DNA of 10,773 nt from assembly GCF_006345805.1 (NCBI RefSeq), contig NW_021827336.1, positions 1 through 10,773 of the forward strand, in the 5' to 3' direction. Source of the DNA: Octopus sinensis. Its lineage: Eukaryota. A model generated the notes under the pieces. The model was not told where the DNA came from, searched no databases, and saw only the letters and a program-made list of their open reading frames with translations. The position numbers and the translations under genes are program-made. Below, one piece after another: positions 7,283-10,773 of this stretch. Position 1 is the first letter of the stretch, and every line of letters starts with the position of its first letter.

Positions 7283-9736
7283 GGATGGTTTGAACTCTGA
7301 CCTTTTGTTAATAAGATTGTGTTTGTCTTTGAATTTCAAGATGTTAAGGAGTTCTACACAGCATAGTTGGCATCCTGCTCTATTATTTAAATAAGGTGCA
7401 GCTGATCCGATGATGGACCATCTGAGTTTGAAGCCTATGCATTTGTCTTTTAATTCCCAAATTCTTTTAGAGAGGGAGGTGCTGTTAGCCTTATGTCTGT
7501 GTCTCAGCGAGGACCGGTGGTTGTAGTATCTGGATTTCAGGAGGTTGAGCAACCAATATAGGTGAGTGTGTTAAACTGAGTACTCACCTCACATGAGTAT
7601 ATTACGTTTTTCGCCCTACATGCGCCCTGCAGCGGGCACTCTGATGCACATCTGCAGTTGCATTGCATTGCATTGTTCGGTCGTGTGCTGCTAATCCCAG
7701 GCGCAGGTGTTGCAATACGAGTGGGGGCGTTGGTATCCTCCTGGTTGTTGATGGGTGTAGTATTTCCTCTGTTGTGTTGGCGGGTGTTATACTAACTGTT
7801 TGGGTAGTATGGCTGCCAGTCTGGTTATATTGTCTACTGTCTGGATGAGGGGGGTTCTGTTGTCGCTATGGTTTGCTCTTGATCTAGCTGTTCTAATATT
7901 AATATAGTTATGTTTAGCTATGAGGCAGCTCATGTTGGGCAGGGTAGAGTAGGAAATCCTAATAGTTTTGTTGGAGAAGATACTTCTATACTTGTGGGTG
8001 GGTGGGAAGTTGTTGGAAATTATAGAGAATATTCTCTTACATAACTTACCCCTAACTGCTAAGTTGAAAGGTATGTTGACCATATATATTTGCGTAATCT
8101 ACTATTATCCTTCTATTTCTCCTAAGGATCTATATGCTCTCGTCGGGAGGGTTACTATTGTGTGCTGTTCTATTAGTTCGCCTATTTCCTATACGTTGTT
8201 TGGAGTTTAAATTAGAATTATCGCTAGTGTGAGTTGAGTGCTGAGTTCGATTATAATTGGGAGTCTTATGGCCGACGGACGCTCCCGGGTGGTCTACATA
8301 TGATATTCTCTGGTTATACCCGGCACTATAGAGAGCCTGGTTGTAGTGTTGTGCATGATTATTGAAAATTTCTCTATTAGAGGATATTTTTGTCAGTCTG
8401 TCTGAGATGGCTTGGACCGTGGTGCTAATTATACAGGGTGGATGGTTGGAAGAGATGGATGTATTTGGTAGTTTCTTCTGGTTTCCTATACGGGTAGTGA
8501 AAGGTCTTATTCAAATCTAACGTACATCTAAGAAGTTTACTATTTTAGTATTGGTCATAAATTCTAGTTTAAGATTGAAGGATTTGAAAAAAAGCCTGAT
8601 CTTTTTCCTTCTTTCTAGTTTACTCCTATTGTTGGTGGGGTATATGAAGAGAGCGTCGTCTCTGTATAGACCCCCCTGAAGATCCGGTACCTCGGAGAAA
8701 AGCTTCTTGAGCAGGTAGGCCCCGACCAAGTCAGTCACCTGAGCTGAATCGCTCGAGCCCATAGCCACATCGAAATTGTCGGGGGTATCGGATCTGGTCC
8801 AGAGTCTACCGTCGAATTCTATTATGGTTTTTCTAGCTAATAGAATTATGTCAATTTTTTCTCTGTCTATGAGTGAAAGGTTGCGGGCAAAAATAAGGGA
8901 TTTGTTAAGTAAGATGGGGGATATACTGGCGTAGTAGCTAGCTATGTCGAATTGGATGAATGAGTAGTCGGGCCTATTGGTGATAGTGTTAAACCATTCT
9001 AGCACATCGTTGGTGTTAATCCATAGTTGGAGTGGGATGTGGGGTTTGATGTGTGGGATCACCCTGTCCAGGATGGTCTGCTAAGTCTGCCGATATCCGA
9101 TTTAGTCGGACAGATTAATCGTACTCCTACACTATCTGGGAAGTCTTTCTTATGGTCTTTAATAGTAATTTTGGGTACTTGTGGTTTAATAGGTTCTGTT
9201 CTGTCCAGGAGGTCTAATTTGCTCATAACTTCCTTGATTTTGTAGTTAATTTCCTTAAGGTTATCCGTAGAAGTAGTTTTATACTTTTTGCTAAGTTCCC
9301 TCATGATGAGCGATTTGTAGGTTGGTAGTCTAGCCTATACCAGTTCCCAGTCTTGTCGGCGGGTATGATAAGACTATCATCGTTCCTAAGTGAAAGCAGG
9401 AAATCTTTAAGGCTCCTTAAGTGGGTGTTGGAAATGGTCTTATGTTTACTAATGTTGATGTTGGTATGAGGTCGATTAAGTCTTTTTCAAAATTTTCCAG
9501 TGCGTAGTTAGAGGTGGGTTTCTTCTTCTTCTGCTTTTAAATATCTTCCTGTGTGCTATTTCTTCTTGGTTAGAGTTGGGGTTGCTTTTCTCCGGGTTAT
9601 CGAAATGGTAGGCCGCCCACCTGATTCTTCTAATAAAGTCTGTGGTCCGGTGGATGAGAGTCGTCGTGTAAGTTTTGTCGGAGTGGAGAGGTATGTCCTT
9701 GGGGGAGAAGTTTGTGTGAATCCTTTGAATCTTCAT
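7238..9736 (-). pseudogene. Frameshifted PLE polyprotein: N-terminal domain, reverse transcriptase, thumb, Cys-rich linker, GIY-YIG endonuclease
   Basis: Motifs reconstructed across frames: NFSPKDIP...FIRRIRWAAYHF; ADKTGNWY (9337-9360); RLICPTKSDIGRLS; FIQFDIASYYASI; VAMGSSDSAQVTDLVG; GLYRDDAL (YRDD 8655-8666); NFLDV; SNHPP...ALYSAGY; IW(F)NIPF...SYSTLPN...HN; CNCRCASECPLQGAC (7618-7662); NVIY...TYIG (7605-7552); KSRYYNH; CQLC; NKRSEFKPSCIH; stop at 7238. Confidence 0.92.
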
Positions 9737-9880
9737 GCTTGGGTTCGTCAAGTACTAAAGGTTGTCGCGGTTACGTGGGATCAGATCCTAGTGACAATGT
9801 AGGTGAGTTGAGTATAGAAATTCGGGGTGAGTACTTGATAATTATAAGCACCTGTGTATACCGTTTGGTGGTGTAGGTGG

Positions 9881-10773
9881 TGTATACATAAACTTATTAA
9901 TACTTTAAAATACTACAATGCTTAGGTCTTATACCAACTCCCCCATGCAATTTCCTCCCACCCGGTGCAACCTGTCGGCTCCAGCACATCCCGCTTTCCT
10001 ATATGTGCGTGTATATGTGTATGTGTGTGTGTGTGTGCGTATGTATGTGCACATATTGTACGTATGTGTACATATACATATATATGTACATGTGCGTGTG
10101 TGTGTGTGTGTGTGGGTGTGTGTACGTGCATATATGGTTCCCTGCATTTTCCCCCTATATATACAAATTTTGTCTCCCATATATGACTTCTTTTCCCTAA
10201 ATATTTCTTCTCCTACACCCATATCCTCCCTATGTAGTCTCTTTAATCCCCTATATCTATACCCTTTCACACATTTCTAACTCAGATGTTGAACGCACAC
10301 CGCCGCCACTCCACTTCCCACCCTTCCAATTTTCAGTTCCCCCCGCCCGCCCCTACGTTTAACACACACCTCTAACTTCACCACCTTCATCTCATGTTAA
10401 ACTTTACAAAATTATATTTTTATCTTATTTTATTTTATTTTATTTTTACTTTTATTTTTACTTTTATCCTACTTCCATTTATTTTTATTTTATTTTTAAT
10501 TTTTTTTTACTTTTATTCTACTTCCATTTATTCTCATTTTCATTTTCAACCCTTACCTTAACTCTTATAATTTTTATAATTCTTATACTTCATTTCTAAC
10601 TATTACATTGTATTTCTTATTTTATACTGTATTTTTTATTTCTAATCTTTACCCTTACCCTCATTCTTACCCCTAACTTATCGCTTTACACCTCTATATA
10701 TGTTTATTTACTTACCTATGGATCCACCTTTTGAATATACGAGCGTCCGCGTACGTGTGTATACGCATACATA
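9881..10773 (+). mobile_element. Inverted 5'-truncated copy (inverted pseudo-LTR) of the PLE 3' end; probably runs past the window end
   Basis: 9881-10026 matches the reverse complement of 7282-7167 and encodes CIHKLINTLKYYNA*. The extension beyond 10026 (TG microsatellite, pyrimidine/T-rich tract) is inferred. Confidence 0.7.

Larger units (their letters stand above)
7167..9880 (-). mobile_element. Penelope-like retroelement (EN+, C-terminal GIY-YIG; probably Hydra clade)
   Basis: Single RT plus GIY-YIG ORF, 3' end in (TA)n, and an inverted copy of the 3' end at 9881 onward. Confidence 0.92.

Noticed and set aside
7537-7541. In-frame TGA after YIGCSTS as a selenocysteine codon (as in some Naiad PLEs)
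   Set aside because: The conserved KSRYYNH continues in a different frame, so this is a frameshift and not readthrough.
7167-10026. Inverted repeats as DNA transposon TIRs
   Set aside because: The arms include the end of the RT-EN ORF and no transposase is present. This is PLE inverted pLTR structure.
10548-10680. CCTTAC/TTACCC/CCCTAAC motifs as telomeric repeats
   Set aside because: They are scattered and degenerate within a pyrimidine-rich tract, with no tandem (CCCTAA)n array.

Overview
Repeat-dominated, AT-rich animal genomic DNA with no recognisable host gene. The SINE families look like octopus/coleoid cephalopod repeats (from recall, not verified). The main element is a Penelope-like retroelement (PLE) on the minus strand (~9880 to 7167). 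Its single ORF (ATG 9736 to TAG 7238) encodes an RT (YRDD) and a C-terminal GIY-YIG endonuclease, and best fits the Hydra clade. The ORF is broken by about 10 or more frameshifts, most of them repairable by adding one base. An almost identical inverted copy of the element's 3' end (inverted pseudo-LTR) starts at 9881. Downstream, between two (TA)n tracts, lies a type I hammerhead ribozyme candidate (6667-6793, minus) with a palindromic stem III and a long hairpin extension of stem II. Two weaker hammerhead-like motifs occur at 881-928 (heading a 184-bp tandem duplication) and 1487-1537. The rest is tRNA-derived SINEs (one with a 9-bp TSD), a possible Helitron-like remnant and many microsatellites. 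Most ORFs in the track are microsatellite artefacts.
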